The translations under genes and the position numbers were made by a program. From contig MHKF01000013.1 in the NCBI GenBank assembly GCA_001818315.1, positions 14,612-78,611 of the forward strand: a stretch of DNA of 64,000 bases, read 5' to 3'. Below, in pieces: positions 1-9,864 of the stretch. Numbering within the stretch: the stretch's first letter is position 1; each line of letters opens with the position of its first letter. The notes under the pieces are model-generated. The model made no database searches and had not been told where the DNA came from. It saw only the letters and a program-made list of their open reading frames with translations. The DNA comes from Candidatus Kerfeldbacteria bacterium RIFCSPLOWO2_02_FULL_42_19. Its GTDB lineage: Bacteria; Patescibacteriota; Patescibacteriia; HO2-48-17.

Positions 1-101
1 TTTCCAGTGATGCCTAAATTCATGAGTCGAGCTTCTATTTTGGAAAGAACCGAATGATACTTCGATGCAGCAAGAAATGTATCGTAGAAATAAAAATACA
101 T
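1..101 (-). CDS. N-terminal part of probable diacylglycerol kinase-family protein (runs off window)
   Basis: Reverse strand from ATG at 101 reads MYFYFYDTFLAASKYHSVLSKIEARLMNLGITG. This resembles the N-terminus of CPR DAGK-family proteins. Catalytic motif lies outside the window. Confidence 0.5.
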   Translation of the reverse strand, partial: MYFYFYDTFLAASKYHSVLSKIEARLMNLGITG

Positions 102-122
102 ACCCTTTTGATGTGTATTAGC

Positions 123-554
123 TTAAACTTTACTTGCAACGGTTTGAATATTTTTACGTTTGCGTTCTATTACATCCCCTCCCTGAGATAATACCGTAGC
201 TTTTTCTGTAACGCCTGTTACACATTTGCCTTTGATCATCGCACCTGTTTCCACTGAAATAATTCCAGCTTCAATGTCACCAATGATACGCGCTGAACTT
301 TTGATCTCTATTTTACCGTACACCTTAACGTTACCTTTAATCTCTCCAGCGATGATAATATTCTGCGCTTCAATATCAGCTTGTAATTTTGCCTTGTCGC
401 CTATATACACATCTTTCGTAGTTTTAAGCATTCCCATGATACTACCCTCCACTGTGACATTCCCTTCACCGATGAGTTGTCCCTCAACACGAATACTCGG
501 ACCAATAATCGTTTCCGGAGTAGCACTATGAGATTGGGGAGATTTGAATAACAT
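123..554 (-). CDS. Bactofilin / polymer-forming cytoskeletal protein
   Basis: ETIIGPSIRVEG...GEIKGNV...VETGAMIKG beta-helix repeats. Start chosen at MLFK (554). Confidence 0.9.
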   Translation of the reverse strand: MLFKSPQSHSATPETIIGPSIRVEGQLIGEGNVTVEGSIMGMLKTTKDVYIGDKAKLQADIEAQNIIIAGEIKGNVKVYGKIEIKSSARIIGDIEAGIISVETGAMIKGKCVTGVTEKATVLSQGGDVIERKRKNIQTVASKV

Positions 555-874
555 AGCATTTTTCTCAACAAGAGGATTCAATTGCAAGTATTGGGAATTG
601 ACGTGATTCATGAACCTCTTAAGATATTGTACCTATGTGTTAAGCCCTTTGTCAAAACATCAAAATTACGATAAAATATGAATACTTTTGATCAAAATAT
701 ATGCAACAACATGAGCTGTTTATTTTGAAACGTGAGTTAATGATACTTGGTTTCCTCTGTGCATTCATTTTTGGGATTCTCATTGGCCTCTTGGCATACG
801 AAACAAAAACCGGCCACGTGACTGCCACGGCGATTTTTGTAGGAAATCAACTCATACAACGTTAAATATTCAAG

Positions 875-949
875 GCCCCGGTAGTTCAACGGATAGAACA
901 CTCCCGTCCTAAGGGAGATATGTAGGTTCAATTCCTGCCTGGGGCACCA
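875..949 (+). tRNA. tRNA-Arg(CCT)
   Basis: Acceptor GCCCCGG/CTGGGGC, anticodon arm CTCCC-GTCCTAA-GGGAG, TTCAATT T-loop, encoded CCA. Confidence 0.93.
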
Positions 950-1065
950 AATTGAATTTGACATATACTACAAAATATACTAGGTTTACGTGTCAATCAT
1001 GGGCGTGATTGAACCGGTAAGAACAATCCGAAAAAAATCCAAAGCAAAGGAAGAAAGGAGGAAAA

Positions 1066-1272
1066 ATGCTGAAGCGTGGAATGATCTTTGACCTTGATGG
1101 GACATTGTTAGATTCCCAACGGGATTCCATCGAGACTGGGAATTACTTAATATCGCAGAGCCCCATGCGCTCTTTCCACGAGTTGTCGAAACTTTGCAGT
1201 GGCTCCGCACCGGTGGATGGATGGAAACCCAGAGAGGCATCATTCACTAAACTCGGTCTTTACAACGTATAA
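1066..1272 (+). pseudogene. Truncated HAD-superfamily hydrolase (N-terminal fragment)
   Basis: HAD motif I (IFDLDGTLLDS) and AGGAGG RBS, but only 68 aa. Runs into the convergent gene. Confidence 0.65.
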
Positions 1273-2915
1273 ATAAAGTAGAAAGAATCGCGATCGAAAT
1301 ATTTTCCAGTCCGTTCATCGTAGATAGTCACGGTCCCAAGCCCAAAAAGTGGATAGGTTATATTTCCAACAGAAAATTCATCTTCAGCTGCACCAGTAAG
1401 GGCATCCGTTGCTTCTTCACCTACAAGATCTGCGAGTGGATCGGCAATTTCATCCAGAAAATTACCAAATACATCGAGCGGCTCCAATAACCCAATCAAA
1501 GTTTCTGCCCAAGAAGGAAGTAACATCGAGGGTACCTCCAAATTCAAATCGAGATCTTTGGAAGAACCAGCAGCAAGTGCGTGTTTTTTGTTATAAATCA
1601 CTTTATATCCTGGCAAACTCTTCGCAATATATTCTAAGGTTTTCGAACGCGCAGCCACGTCTTGATCTGAAACCTCATCATCCGCAACGATTGCATCCCA
1701 CCAATTGAATTGCGGAAGACTCAAGGCAACTTTTACCTTCAGGTGATTTTTTGGAACTCCTGGATTTGTGACAAAAACGCGTAACTCCAGATCATCTCCC
1801 TGACTAAATACAGGGAGAGTATTTTGAAGATCCGCGAGTACGCCAGGCAAGACGGGTTCATTGATGAGATTATTCGTCGCATACCCGACCCGATCCCCTT
1901 GCCAAGTCGTGCCGATACCTTCTGGAAATATTCCTGTGAGTATACGAAACGGTTTATTCCCCGACCCGTAATCATTATCGAAAAAATAAATATAATCGAG
2001 TCCTTGTGTAACGTATGAATACTTCCCATTCCGAGAAAGCGCAGCATCGGCTTTGCGACCTTCTTCTAGTGGAAGATGCCATTGCACTTTCCCTTCGGCA
2101 TTCAAAGCCTGAATGTTCCGATTGTCGCCTAAAAGAATAGTCTGTCCGTCGTCAGATATATCCGGCGATGCAGAATGCAGACTTTTTATTGTTTTTGTCC
2201 ACACAGGCTTATTACTTTCTCGTTTGAAAAAATAAACTTTGTCGTAAATAGTTCCAAGAAGATATTTGCCATCAGGAGACATGCGCACGGCGTACGTATC
2301 TTTCCCCAATTCATACCTCCACAAGGGTTCGTTTTGTGTTGTATCAATGAGATAAAAACTTTCATCAGTGCCAAGAAACACATACCGCGCGTCATCAGAG
2401 ATCGCAATAGAATTAATGCCATCTTCTTCGTCAATATCCCACTTCTTGATATATTGCGAAGAATCTTTATCAAACAGATACACATCGGTAAACCGATCGC
2501 CTGCGACAAAGTATTCACCGTCTTGAGTGATTGCTGTTGCATCGAATACACTGACGCCAATCGCCACTTCATATAAAGGTACATTCGACGTGCGTGAAAG
2601 AATCCACACGCGACTTCCTACGACGGAAATATATCGCCCGTCGCCTGAAAAATCCATATCGAAGATTGTCTTATTTGGACTAAACCTCCACTTTGGTTTG
2701 TTACGGTTTTTTTTAAACAATAACACTTCCGGTAAAGGGCTTTTTTGTGTGTCGGTAATAATGGCCATATACTGACCATCATCCGAAAGTTTTGGATCTA
2801 CGAGCACGTCATTCCCGGGTACCCGATATGTCCACGCGTGGGAGGGTTGTGGAAAAAATACAAATATAAAAAACCCTGCCGTAAGGGCGGCTTTCAAAAA
2901 ATATCTTTTATTCAT
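1260..2915 (-). CDS. Secreted WD40/PQQ-like beta-propeller protein
   Basis: Signal peptide (..SHA-W) and repeated S-x-DG-x-Y ... P-x-W blades. Confidence 0.8.
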   Translation of the reverse strand: MNKRYFLKAALTAGFFIFVFFPQPSHAWTYRVPGNDVLVDPKLSDDGQYMAIITDTQKSPLPEVLLFKKNRNKPKWRFSPNKTIFDMDFSGDGRYISVVGSRVWILSRTSNVPLYEVAIGVSVFDATAITQDGEYFVAGDRFTDVYLFDKDSSQYIKKWDIDEEDGINSIAISDDARYVFLGTDESFYLIDTTQNEPLWRYELGKDTYAVRMSPDGKYLLGTIYDKVYFFKRESNKPVWTKTIKSLHSASPDISDDGQTILLGDNRNIQALNAEGKVQWHLPLEEGRKADAALSRNGKYSYVTQGLDYIYFFDNDYGSGNKPFRILTGIFPEGIGTTWQGDRVGYATNNLINEPVLPGVLADLQNTLPVFSQGDDLELRVFVTNPGVPKNHLKVKVALSLPQFNWWDAIVADDEVSDQDVAARSKTLEYIAKSLPGYKVIYNKKHALAAGSSKDLDLNLEVPSMLLPSWAETLIGLLEPLDVFGNFLDEIADPLADLVGEEATDALTGAAEDEFSVGNITYPLFGLGTVTIYDERTGKYFDRDSFYFIYTL

Positions 2916-2944
2916 ACGTGTATTTTCAATAATTTTGCTGAATT

Positions 2945-3460
2945 TTATTTGACGCTACTTCGTGCAACTACCACAGTCTTTGCCAGTCGATCACCCAGGC
3001 GTTGTTTTTTATCTGATTTCCAAATCAAAATAGCAGCCACAAGATAAAAGAATAGTCCGTCAACAGCGCGTAGGACGTTACGAATCAATGCTGCAAGAAA
3101 ATTCATTTTTTGCCCGTCTTCTTTTACGATTTTCATTCCAAGAATGAGTTTCCCGGGGGTTCCAGCGAGCAGCCATTCAAGTACCAGATAGTAAGCAATT
3201 GCAAAAAGTACGTAGAGCGCTGCGCTACCGCCACAGAGTCCAAAAAAAGAACCATCATCTATATTCGTCGAACCAACACTAGCAAAAGCATTACATCCTG
3301 CTGGGTAACTTCGACCAAAAAGTTTGAAAAAGATCCACAAGACAATCGCTAAAATAATTGTGTCAATAACAATTGCTGCAAACCGAGGACCAACGCCTTT
3401 ATAGACAAGGCCGGCTGTATCAGCTTTTTGAGCTGCGGAAGGAGTTGTAGTATTTGGCAT
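2945..3460 (-). CDS. RDD family membrane protein
   Basis: RFAAIVID, GTPGKLILGMKIV and QRLGDRLAKTVVV motifs. Confidence 0.92.
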   Translation of the reverse strand: MPNTTTPSAAQKADTAGLVYKGVGPRFAAIVIDTIILAIVLWIFFKLFGRSYPAGCNAFASVGSTNIDDGSFFGLCGGSAALYVLFAIAYYLVLEWLLAGTPGKLILGMKIVKEDGQKMNFLAALIRNVLRAVDGLFFYLVAAILIWKSDKKQRLGDRLAKTVVVARSSVK

Positions 3461-3546
3461 ATTTTATTTGATTTAATGTTGAGACGCATTCACCGAATAC
3501 GATGATGAATGTTTTTGTACTATTGTGAGTATAGCATGTTTGAGTG

Positions 3547-4116
3547 TTATTGTTCGATACGTACAGAATCAATCACTGCCATTGCCTTTGACTTGGAAGT
3601 ATCATAAAGATTTTCTGGCGCGGTATAGGTAAAACTGTATGCTTTTGCTTCGAGAATAAACCACATGCCGGTTGCGCGTGCCGTCAGTGTATCATTACTG
3701 AGTGTATACTCAACTGTATACGATGGATAACCAACCGTGGTGCTATCGTATGAATCCAAAAGTTTAAATTCTAATCCGAGATTGCTCAGTCCAGTGATTG
3801 AAGTCGCAGAATAGTCTTCCAGCGCAACACCTTCCACACCTAAATCTTCAACATACATTGTAATATTTGCTCCACTTTTATCTCCGAAACTTATCGCACC
3901 TTCTTCTGATTCTTTTTGAAACCAATCCTTGGGATACTCCAGCGTTAAATCGTTCTCTGCGTCTTCATATATTTTCAATTCTGCAGAAGATGCGAATCGC
4001 GATGAAGAAGTATTGTTCGTATTCTTCATGCGGGGTTGTATGATGAACCAACCACCAAGCAAAATAATGAGTACTACCACAATAATAGCCGTAATTTTGA
4101 GAGTCGCGCTCTTCAT
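3547..4116 (-). CDS. Membrane-anchored PsbP/DcrB-like protein
   Basis: N-terminal TM helix, LEYPKDW motif, C-terminal AYSFTYTA...IDSVRI. Confidence 0.75.
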   Translation of the reverse strand: MKSATLKITAIIVVVLIILLGGWFIIQPRMKNTNNTSSSRFASSAELKIYEDAENDLTLEYPKDWFQKESEEGAISFGDKSGANITMYVEDLGVEGVALEDYSATSITGLSNLGLEFKLLDSYDSTTVGYPSYTVEYTLSNDTLTARATGMWFILEAKAYSFTYTAPENLYDTSKSKAMAVIDSVRIEQ

Positions 4117-4303
4117 AGAAAAAAATTAAGAATAAAATAAAAAGCGATGCGCTTGATCGCCCTTGAAAGATTGTTTATTTTTTTGTTTCCTCCGAAAATA
4201 TTATTTTTGTAAAACTCTTGCATTCTATTATAACGATACGCAACAATGTGGTCAAAAAATTCAGGGATGATAGCTTTATTTTTTAAAATTTAATTTTCTC
4301 CCT

Positions 4304-4345
4304 CAGACTGTCTGAGAATTCGCTTGCAAGTTCGAGGACAGTCTG
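4304..4345. repeat. Short inverted-repeat element CAGACTGTC...GACAGTCTG
   Basis: 9-bp inverted repeat. TCAGACTGTCTGAGAA (4303-4318) recurs at 41507-41522. Confidence 0.5.
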
Positions 4346-4383
4346 GGCCGAATCGGTCGGGCAAAAATCGGAAAGTCAGATTT

Positions 4384-4473
4384 TGGTGCCCGAGGCGGGA
4401 CTCGAACCCGCACGGTCGCTAACGGACCACAGCATTTTAAGTGCTGCGCGTCTACCGATTCCGCCACCCGGGC
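4384..4473 (-). tRNA. tRNA-Leu(TAA)
   Basis: Cloverleaf with long variable arm, anticodon loop CTTAAAA, encoded CCA. Confidence 0.95.
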
Positions 4474-4494
4474 AATAAAAATTCTCCATCCCTA

Positions 4495-5796
4495 TTATGA
4501 ATCTTGTTTGCTTGACTGCGCAACTTGCTCCACAAGAAAATCCACGACTTTTTGGGTGTTGAACATATTGCGTATATAACGTTCGTAGGCTTCACTTTCG
4601 ATATATTTTAAAGTCTTCGAATCGTTTTCATATCTCTTTTTTTGCACATCAATTTCTGCTGTCACTTGTTTTGCATCTACTTGAATTTTTTCCTTCAGAG
4701 CTATTTCTCGCAATACCAAAATACTTTTGACCCGCTGAAGAGCTTGCGGTTGCAAATCTTTCTGTAATTGATCCTGCGTTTTTTTAATCGTCTTCAAATA
4801 ATCATCAAATTTTCCTCCCTGCGATTCTAGCTCGGATTTAAGTTCCGCGAGTATGCGATCAATCTCTGACGTAATCAACACTTCTGGGAGTTCCCCAAAT
4901 TTCGTTCGCTCGACAACTTCGCGTAATACTTCTGTCTCCAAACGCAGACGTTCTTTGTATTCTCCTTCTTTATGGAGATTCACACGAAGTGCCTCACGCA
5001 ATTCAACGAGATTTTTATAATTCCCCAAACTTTGAGCAAAATCATCCTTCAGTTCCGGCAGCATCACTTCATATACTTCATGCACCTGCACGCGAAATTC
5101 TGCTTCTTTTCCTGCAAACTGCTGCGTATGATAGTCTTTGGGAAAACGCAATGAAAAACGTTTTTCCTCTCCACGTTGCATGCCGATGACTTGATCAGAA
5201 AAGCCGGCCACAAACGTGTCGAGATTGAGATCGATTTCTTGTTTGCGAAACGATCCGTTCTCGAGAAGCACGTTGTCTTGGAAAATATCTAAATCCGCAA
5301 GGACTTTATCCCCTTTTTGCACTGCACGCTGGACCAATTTTTGTGAGGCTCGCAATCTGCGTAATGATTCCAATGTTTTTTCTACTTCTTTATCCTGCAC
5401 GTGAATACTTTTTTTCGCAGTGCGAAAGTTGCGATATGCTCCGAGCTCCACTGTTGGATAGACAGAAATGATCGCGTTATATATCAATGGATTGCCGGGT
5501 GCGAGTTTTTCTGGCGTCACATTCGGTGAGCCTATGATTTCAAGACGCTCTTGCGTTAAAGCACGAGGGAGCGTATCCATCACCGCTTCACGAAAAGCCT
5601 CTTCATAGATTTTTACATTTCCAACATGACGCTTTAAGATATCCATCGGCACGTGCCCAGGACGAAAACCGGGAATTTTCACTTCCTGTGACATGTGCTG
5701 CGCGGCTTTTTGCACAAATGGCTCGACTTCTTGAATCGTGAGTTCCACGCGAAGTTCTACTTGCGATTTCGGAAGATTTTTGTGAGTAACATTCAT
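4495..5796 (-). CDS. tig: Trigger factor
   Basis: IPGFRPGHVP ribosome-binding motif; FKBP domain (FPKDYH..FAGKEAEF). Confidence 0.97.
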   Translation of the reverse strand: MNVTHKNLPKSQVELRVELTIQEVEPFVQKAAQHMSQEVKIPGFRPGHVPMDILKRHVGNVKIYEEAFREAVMDTLPRALTQERLEIIGSPNVTPEKLAPGNPLIYNAIISVYPTVELGAYRNFRTAKKSIHVQDKEVEKTLESLRRLRASQKLVQRAVQKGDKVLADLDIFQDNVLLENGSFRKQEIDLNLDTFVAGFSDQVIGMQRGEEKRFSLRFPKDYHTQQFAGKEAEFRVQVHEVYEVMLPELKDDFAQSLGNYKNLVELREALRVNLHKEGEYKERLRLETEVLREVVERTKFGELPEVLITSEIDRILAELKSELESQGGKFDDYLKTIKKTQDQLQKDLQPQALQRVKSILVLREIALKEKIQVDAKQVTAEIDVQKKRYENDSKTLKYIESEAYERYIRNMFNTQKVVDFLVEQVAQSSKQDS

Positions 5797-5801
5797 GCTG
5801 A

Positions 5802-6332
5802 TTATCGTGAAAATTTCTTGCGATAGAGCGCTTGACTTTCTTTAACGATCGCGAGTGCTTTTTTGCGATCCTCAAATGCCGTTACTTCTACAATTTTGTT
5901 CTGCAAAAGCTTGTAAGTTTCGAAAAAGTGTTTGATTTCTTTCTTGGTGTGCTCACTCACGTCGGATATATCTTTCAAAGTTTCGAAATGAGGATCTTTC
6001 ATTGGCACCGCAATAATTTTATCATCCTGATCGCCGCTATCCGTCATAAGAGCTGCGCCTACGGGGCGCACTTCCGCAAGAATTCCTGGAAACAAGGGAT
6101 AGGTCGTCAAAAGAATGACATCCAACGGATCGTCGTCGTGCCACCAAGTTTGCGGCGCAAATCCATAATCAAAAGGATAGAATTGAGAAGTGTAACTCAC
6201 GCGATCAAGTTTAATCAAACCAGTTTTTTTATCGATTTCATATTTGTTCGTAGAGCCCTTCGGAATTTCTATGACTGCGTAAAACGCTTCCGGCGCTTTT
6301 TCACCTAGGGGGACGTCGTGAAGAAGATTCAT
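5802..6332 (-). CDS. ppa: Inorganic pyrophosphatase (family I)
   Basis: IEIPKGS.NKYE, YPFDYGF, DDDPLDV, DDKII. Confidence 0.97.
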   Translation of the reverse strand: MNLLHDVPLGEKAPEAFYAVIEIPKGSTNKYEIDKKTGLIKLDRVSYTSQFYPFDYGFAPQTWWHDDDPLDVILLTTYPLFPGILAEVRPVGAALMTDSGDQDDKIIAVPMKDPHFETLKDISDVSEHTKKEIKHFFETYKLLQNKIVEVTAFEDRKKALAIVKESQALYRKKFSR

Positions 6333-6362
6333 ACGTATCTATTAAGAATAAATGATTCAAAT

Positions 6363-7727
6363 TTACGCCTTGGGCGTTGTATCATCGGTATCACTCACGG
6401 CATCCGAGGTAATCGGTGGAGTTTTTACACCTTCCTCCTTTTGCGTTACGCCGTATTCTGGCGCTTTTTGTGTTGTTGCTCCTTGAGCGGGTTTCCCTTC
6501 TTTGATGATATCAATTTTCCATCCTGTTAACTTTGAAGCAAGTCGTACATTTTGTCCTGCTTTTCCGATCGCAAGTGAAAGTTGATCTTCTTTGACTTCC
6601 GCAAGAGCCGCTTTGTGTTTCTCATCGAGTTTCACGCTCAAAATTTTCGCCGGCGATAAAGCGTGAATGATAAAGCGTACAGGATCATCAGACCATTCCA
6701 CAATGTCAATTTTTTCCCCGCCTAATTCTGAAATCACTGTCTGAACGCGACTCCCGCGTTGACCAACACAAGAGCCAATCGGATCAATATTATCCTCGAG
6801 ACTCTGGACAGCGATTTTTGTGCGACTGCCGGCTTCACGAGCAATGGATTTAATTTCGATGACACCGGATTCAATTTCCGGTACTTCCGTGAAAAAAAGT
6901 TTCGCAACCATGTTTGGATGCGCGCGTGATACTACAATTTCTGGTCCTTTGTTCGTTTTTTGTACGGACACAATATAGATTCGTAGCTTTTGACCGGGTC
7001 GATAATTTTCATAGGGTACTTGCTCTTGCGAAGGCATCAACGCAACCGTTTTGCCAATATCAATGAGGATATTTTTTCCTTCAATACGTTGCACGATTCC
7101 CGAAACAATTTCCCCTATCCGTGATTCAAAATCCTGTAGAATTTGATCCCTCTCTGCTTCTCGCAATTTTTGAATGACTACTTGCTTTGCGGTTTGTGCA
7201 GCCATGCGTCCAAACGTGGCAGCTACATCCAGTTTTGTCCGAATCACATCCCCTATCACAGCATCAGTTTTTATGAGCAATGCATCTTCCAAGCTTATAT
7301 CGGTTTTTGGATTAAATTTACGTTTTGGTTCTTCTCCTTCTCCCTCTTGCTCTTGCTCTTGCTCTTGTTTTTGCGCTGCGTCCCCTTCTGATGGCGCTGC
7401 TTCTGCTTTCATATTTTTCTTTTCCGCTTTTATCTTGACCTTTGTAGCTTCTTGTGGTTGTGATACAGACTCCGCCGGCGACGTAACTTGTGGAGATTTT
7501 TCCTCGAGCGGCTCCAGAGTATTCATATCAACAACAGTTTTTTCGTCATATACTTCTGACTGTCCTGTTTCGGGATGAAAATTTACTTTAATATTCTGAT
7601 TTTTGAGACCGAATTCTTTACGGTACGCGACTGCCATAGCAGCTTCTATCGTTTCCAGTACTGATTCGTATGAAATATTTTTTTCGCTGCAAATTTGCTT
7701 GATAGCTTTTACAATATCCGATGACAT
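6363..7727 (-). CDS. nusA: Transcription termination factor NusA
   Basis: FGRMAAQTAKQ, AREAGSRTKIAV, AIGKAGQNVRLAS. Confidence 0.98.
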   Translation of the reverse strand: MSSDIVKAIKQICSEKNISYESVLETIEAAMAVAYRKEFGLKNQNIKVNFHPETGQSEVYDEKTVVDMNTLEPLEEKSPQVTSPAESVSQPQEATKVKIKAEKKNMKAEAAPSEGDAAQKQEQEQEQEGEGEEPKRKFNPKTDISLEDALLIKTDAVIGDVIRTKLDVAATFGRMAAQTAKQVVIQKLREAERDQILQDFESRIGEIVSGIVQRIEGKNILIDIGKTVALMPSQEQVPYENYRPGQKLRIYIVSVQKTNKGPEIVVSRAHPNMVAKLFFTEVPEIESGVIEIKSIAREAGSRTKIAVQSLEDNIDPIGSCVGQRGSRVQTVISELGGEKIDIVEWSDDPVRFIIHALSPAKILSVKLDEKHKAALAEVKEDQLSLAIGKAGQNVRLASKLTGWKIDIIKEGKPAQGATTQKAPEYGVTQKEEGVKTPPITSDAVSDTDDTTPKA

Positions 7728-7823
7728 ACAAAAGAATTATGAGTAAAAATGACTAGGCCAACGTGCATCGGACTAGTCATTTATTACGCTATCATACTTT
7801 CAGGAGATGCGCAAATGTATCTT

Positions 7824-9191
7824 CTAATATCCAGAAGCTGGGGGTGGCGGAGGTGGTAATTCTTCATCTTTAGGTTTCCCGGCCGTAGATTCCCCTTCCA
7901 CTGCATTAGATTTTCCCTCTTTACTTTGAGTTTCCAATGATTTTTGAGTACTTTGAGGTGTTGTTGTAGAAGATGGAGAAGAAGATGGAGAAGCAATATC
8001 TTTTTGCTTTTGTTCTGACATTTGCATCACACCTCGCCTGCGAAATAAAATAACAAGGATGACGAGCGCTATCACAAGCCACAACATCCATAGACGATTC
8101 GGTTTTTGAGACGATGTGTCTGCCGCTATTGTTGTCTCGGGAGACGAAGTCGACGTTTCGGATACTTCTGTATTTTTATTCTGAAGATTTGCTGCCTCGG
8201 TTTCCGATTCATTTTTTTCTTCGTTTTCTTCGGTTGCTTTCACAGCAGTAGTGGAGTTCGTATTTTGTTCAACAGATGCTGGTGTTTCCACTGTTGACGA
8301 CGGGGCTTCGGATTCCAGTGTTTCTTCTAACTCTTGCTGTTTTTCTTGTGTTTCTTTTGTATCGGTTGCCTCTTCTGTCTGAATCGTATCAATCTGGACC
8401 TCTGATGGTGCCTTTGGAGTCTCTCCATCCTTATCTTGTTTTCCTGCTTGCTCGGTGACTGTTATATCCGCTTGTACTGCTGCTTTTTGTGCCAACGGTA
8501 GATAAAAATTCTCAACACGCGAGAAGGCGCTTGCTTTCCCAGACGTATCAACTGCGGTTGCATACACACTGTGATTTTTCCCTGCTTCGAGCGGCAAAAA
8601 TGGCTTATAAGCGAAGTCAGTAATTTTTTTCTGATTTTTTGAAGTAACCTCAATTTCACCGTTCAAGTTTCCGTCGATAAAAATTCGGATACGCGCCGGA
8701 ACCCAAGTCAAGCCCACGATCCATGGCTGAACCGATGTCGTCCGTGTATTCACAACCGGTTTCATGAGCGTTGGCGCTGGAAATGCCTTGAGTACTTCGA
8801 AATCAATACGTGTGGATAAAGCGCTTTGTCTTGATCCATCGGGCCATTGTGCACGAACTTGTGCATAATGGAATCCTGGTTTTAAGTGAAGAAAAGGAAT
8901 GTAAGCAAAACTAGCGGTGCCGTTGTTTGCATTTTTTACTTCTGCATAGCCGTAAAATGTATCATTAATATATACCGCGACTCGCGTATTATTCTGAGTG
9001 AGACCGCGCAGAAGCGGCTTTTGATGTGTTGTTTGAAAGAGTTTTTGAGCAGATGGCACGACAAGCGTTGGAATACCAGGGGCGCTTTGCGCATCAGCTG
9101 GTTCCATATAGAAAAAAAGACTGCTGATCAGTAGTAAAAAAAACAGGACGATATGGCGTATAGGAAACAAGACAGAAACATGTTGTATCAT
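7824..9191 (-). CDS. Surface protein with two Ig-like domains, acidic linker and C-terminal TM
   Basis: Signal peptide, two P-T-L...KP-x-x-x-G...V-x-I-D/N Ig-like repeats, E/T/S-rich linker, TM LWMLWLVIALVILVILFRRR. Start uncertain. Confidence 0.7.
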   Translation of the reverse strand: MIQHVSVLFPIRHIVLFFLLLISSLFFYMEPADAQSAPGIPTLVVPSAQKLFQTTHQKPLLRGLTQNNTRVAVYINDTFYGYAEVKNANNGTASFAYIPFLHLKPGFHYAQVRAQWPDGSRQSALSTRIDFEVLKAFPAPTLMKPVVNTRTTSVQPWIVGLTWVPARIRIFIDGNLNGEIEVTSKNQKKITDFAYKPFLPLEAGKNHSVYATAVDTSGKASAFSRVENFYLPLAQKAAVQADITVTEQAGKQDKDGETPKAPSEVQIDTIQTEEATDTKETQEKQQELEETLESEAPSSTVETPASVEQNTNSTTAVKATEENEEKNESETEAANLQNKNTEVSETSTSSPETTIAADTSSQKPNRLWMLWLVIALVILVILFRRRGVMQMSEQKQKDIASPSSSPSSTTTPQSTQKSLETQSKEGKSNAVEGESTAGKPKDEELPPPPPPASGY

Positions 9192-9270
9192 AAGATAAAT
9201 TAGCGAGTAAAAAATGGATTTGCTCTTGGAAATAAGGAATCTCATTATCTTACACTATCACCTTTCACTG

Positions 9271-9636
9271 TCAAATAATGCGCAGATGTGGATGATGTCG
9301 CAGTCGTATGTTGCGTCCAGCTCCATCATACAAAATACTCAGTGCGTCGATACGTACAACGTACCAACGCGGAAACATACGCGCAACTTGCAGTGCCAAA
9401 AAATACAGGCGCCTGCGTTTATGATAAGTAAGACTCTCTTCTGGCCAACCTGCGATGTTACCGCGACGCAATTTTACCTCTACACACATGAGTGTATTTC
9501 CCTTCATCATGACGAGATCAATTTCACCTTCACGAAAGCGTACATTCTTCTTCCAGAGTCGAAATCCGCGTCTTTCAAAATAGCGCTGTGCAACTTGTTC
9601 TCCCCAGTCTCCGAGTGCACGCGTAGAATATTTCAT
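9271..9636 (-). CDS. yraN: YraN family (UPF0102) putative endonuclease
   Basis: LGDWGE.A..Y, GEIDLV, VEVKLR, RID. Confidence 0.93.
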   Translation of the reverse strand: MKYSTRALGDWGEQVAQRYFERRGFRLWKKNVRFREGEIDLVMMKGNTLMCVEVKLRRGNIAGWPEESLTYHKRRRLYFLALQVARMFPRWYVVRIDALSILYDGAGRNIRLRHHPHLRII

Positions 9637-9640
9637 AAAA

Positions 9641-9803
9641 GGGTCTGTCGCCGAATACGCTTTCGTCTGTGAAATCGTAGAATTTCGTGACAGAATTGCT
9701 GAATAAATTTTGAGGTTTATATGGAATATAAGCTGAAAAATTTTGAAGCGATGCTGGCCGAAATGCTACGATTGCAACAGAAATGGTATTCGGCGACAGA
9801 TCC
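9641..9803. mobile_element. MITE-like fold-back element (arm A - AT-rich core - arm B), 163 bp
   Basis: TIR GGGTCTGTCGCCGAATAC/GTATTCGGCGACAGATCC, flanked by TAAAA direct repeat. Near-identical to 31956-32118. Confidence 0.88.
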
Positions 9804-9864
9804 TAAAAATAAAAAAACGGATCGCTGTCATATTGAGAGGAGCGCCGCTCTTTTGAGGATATCA

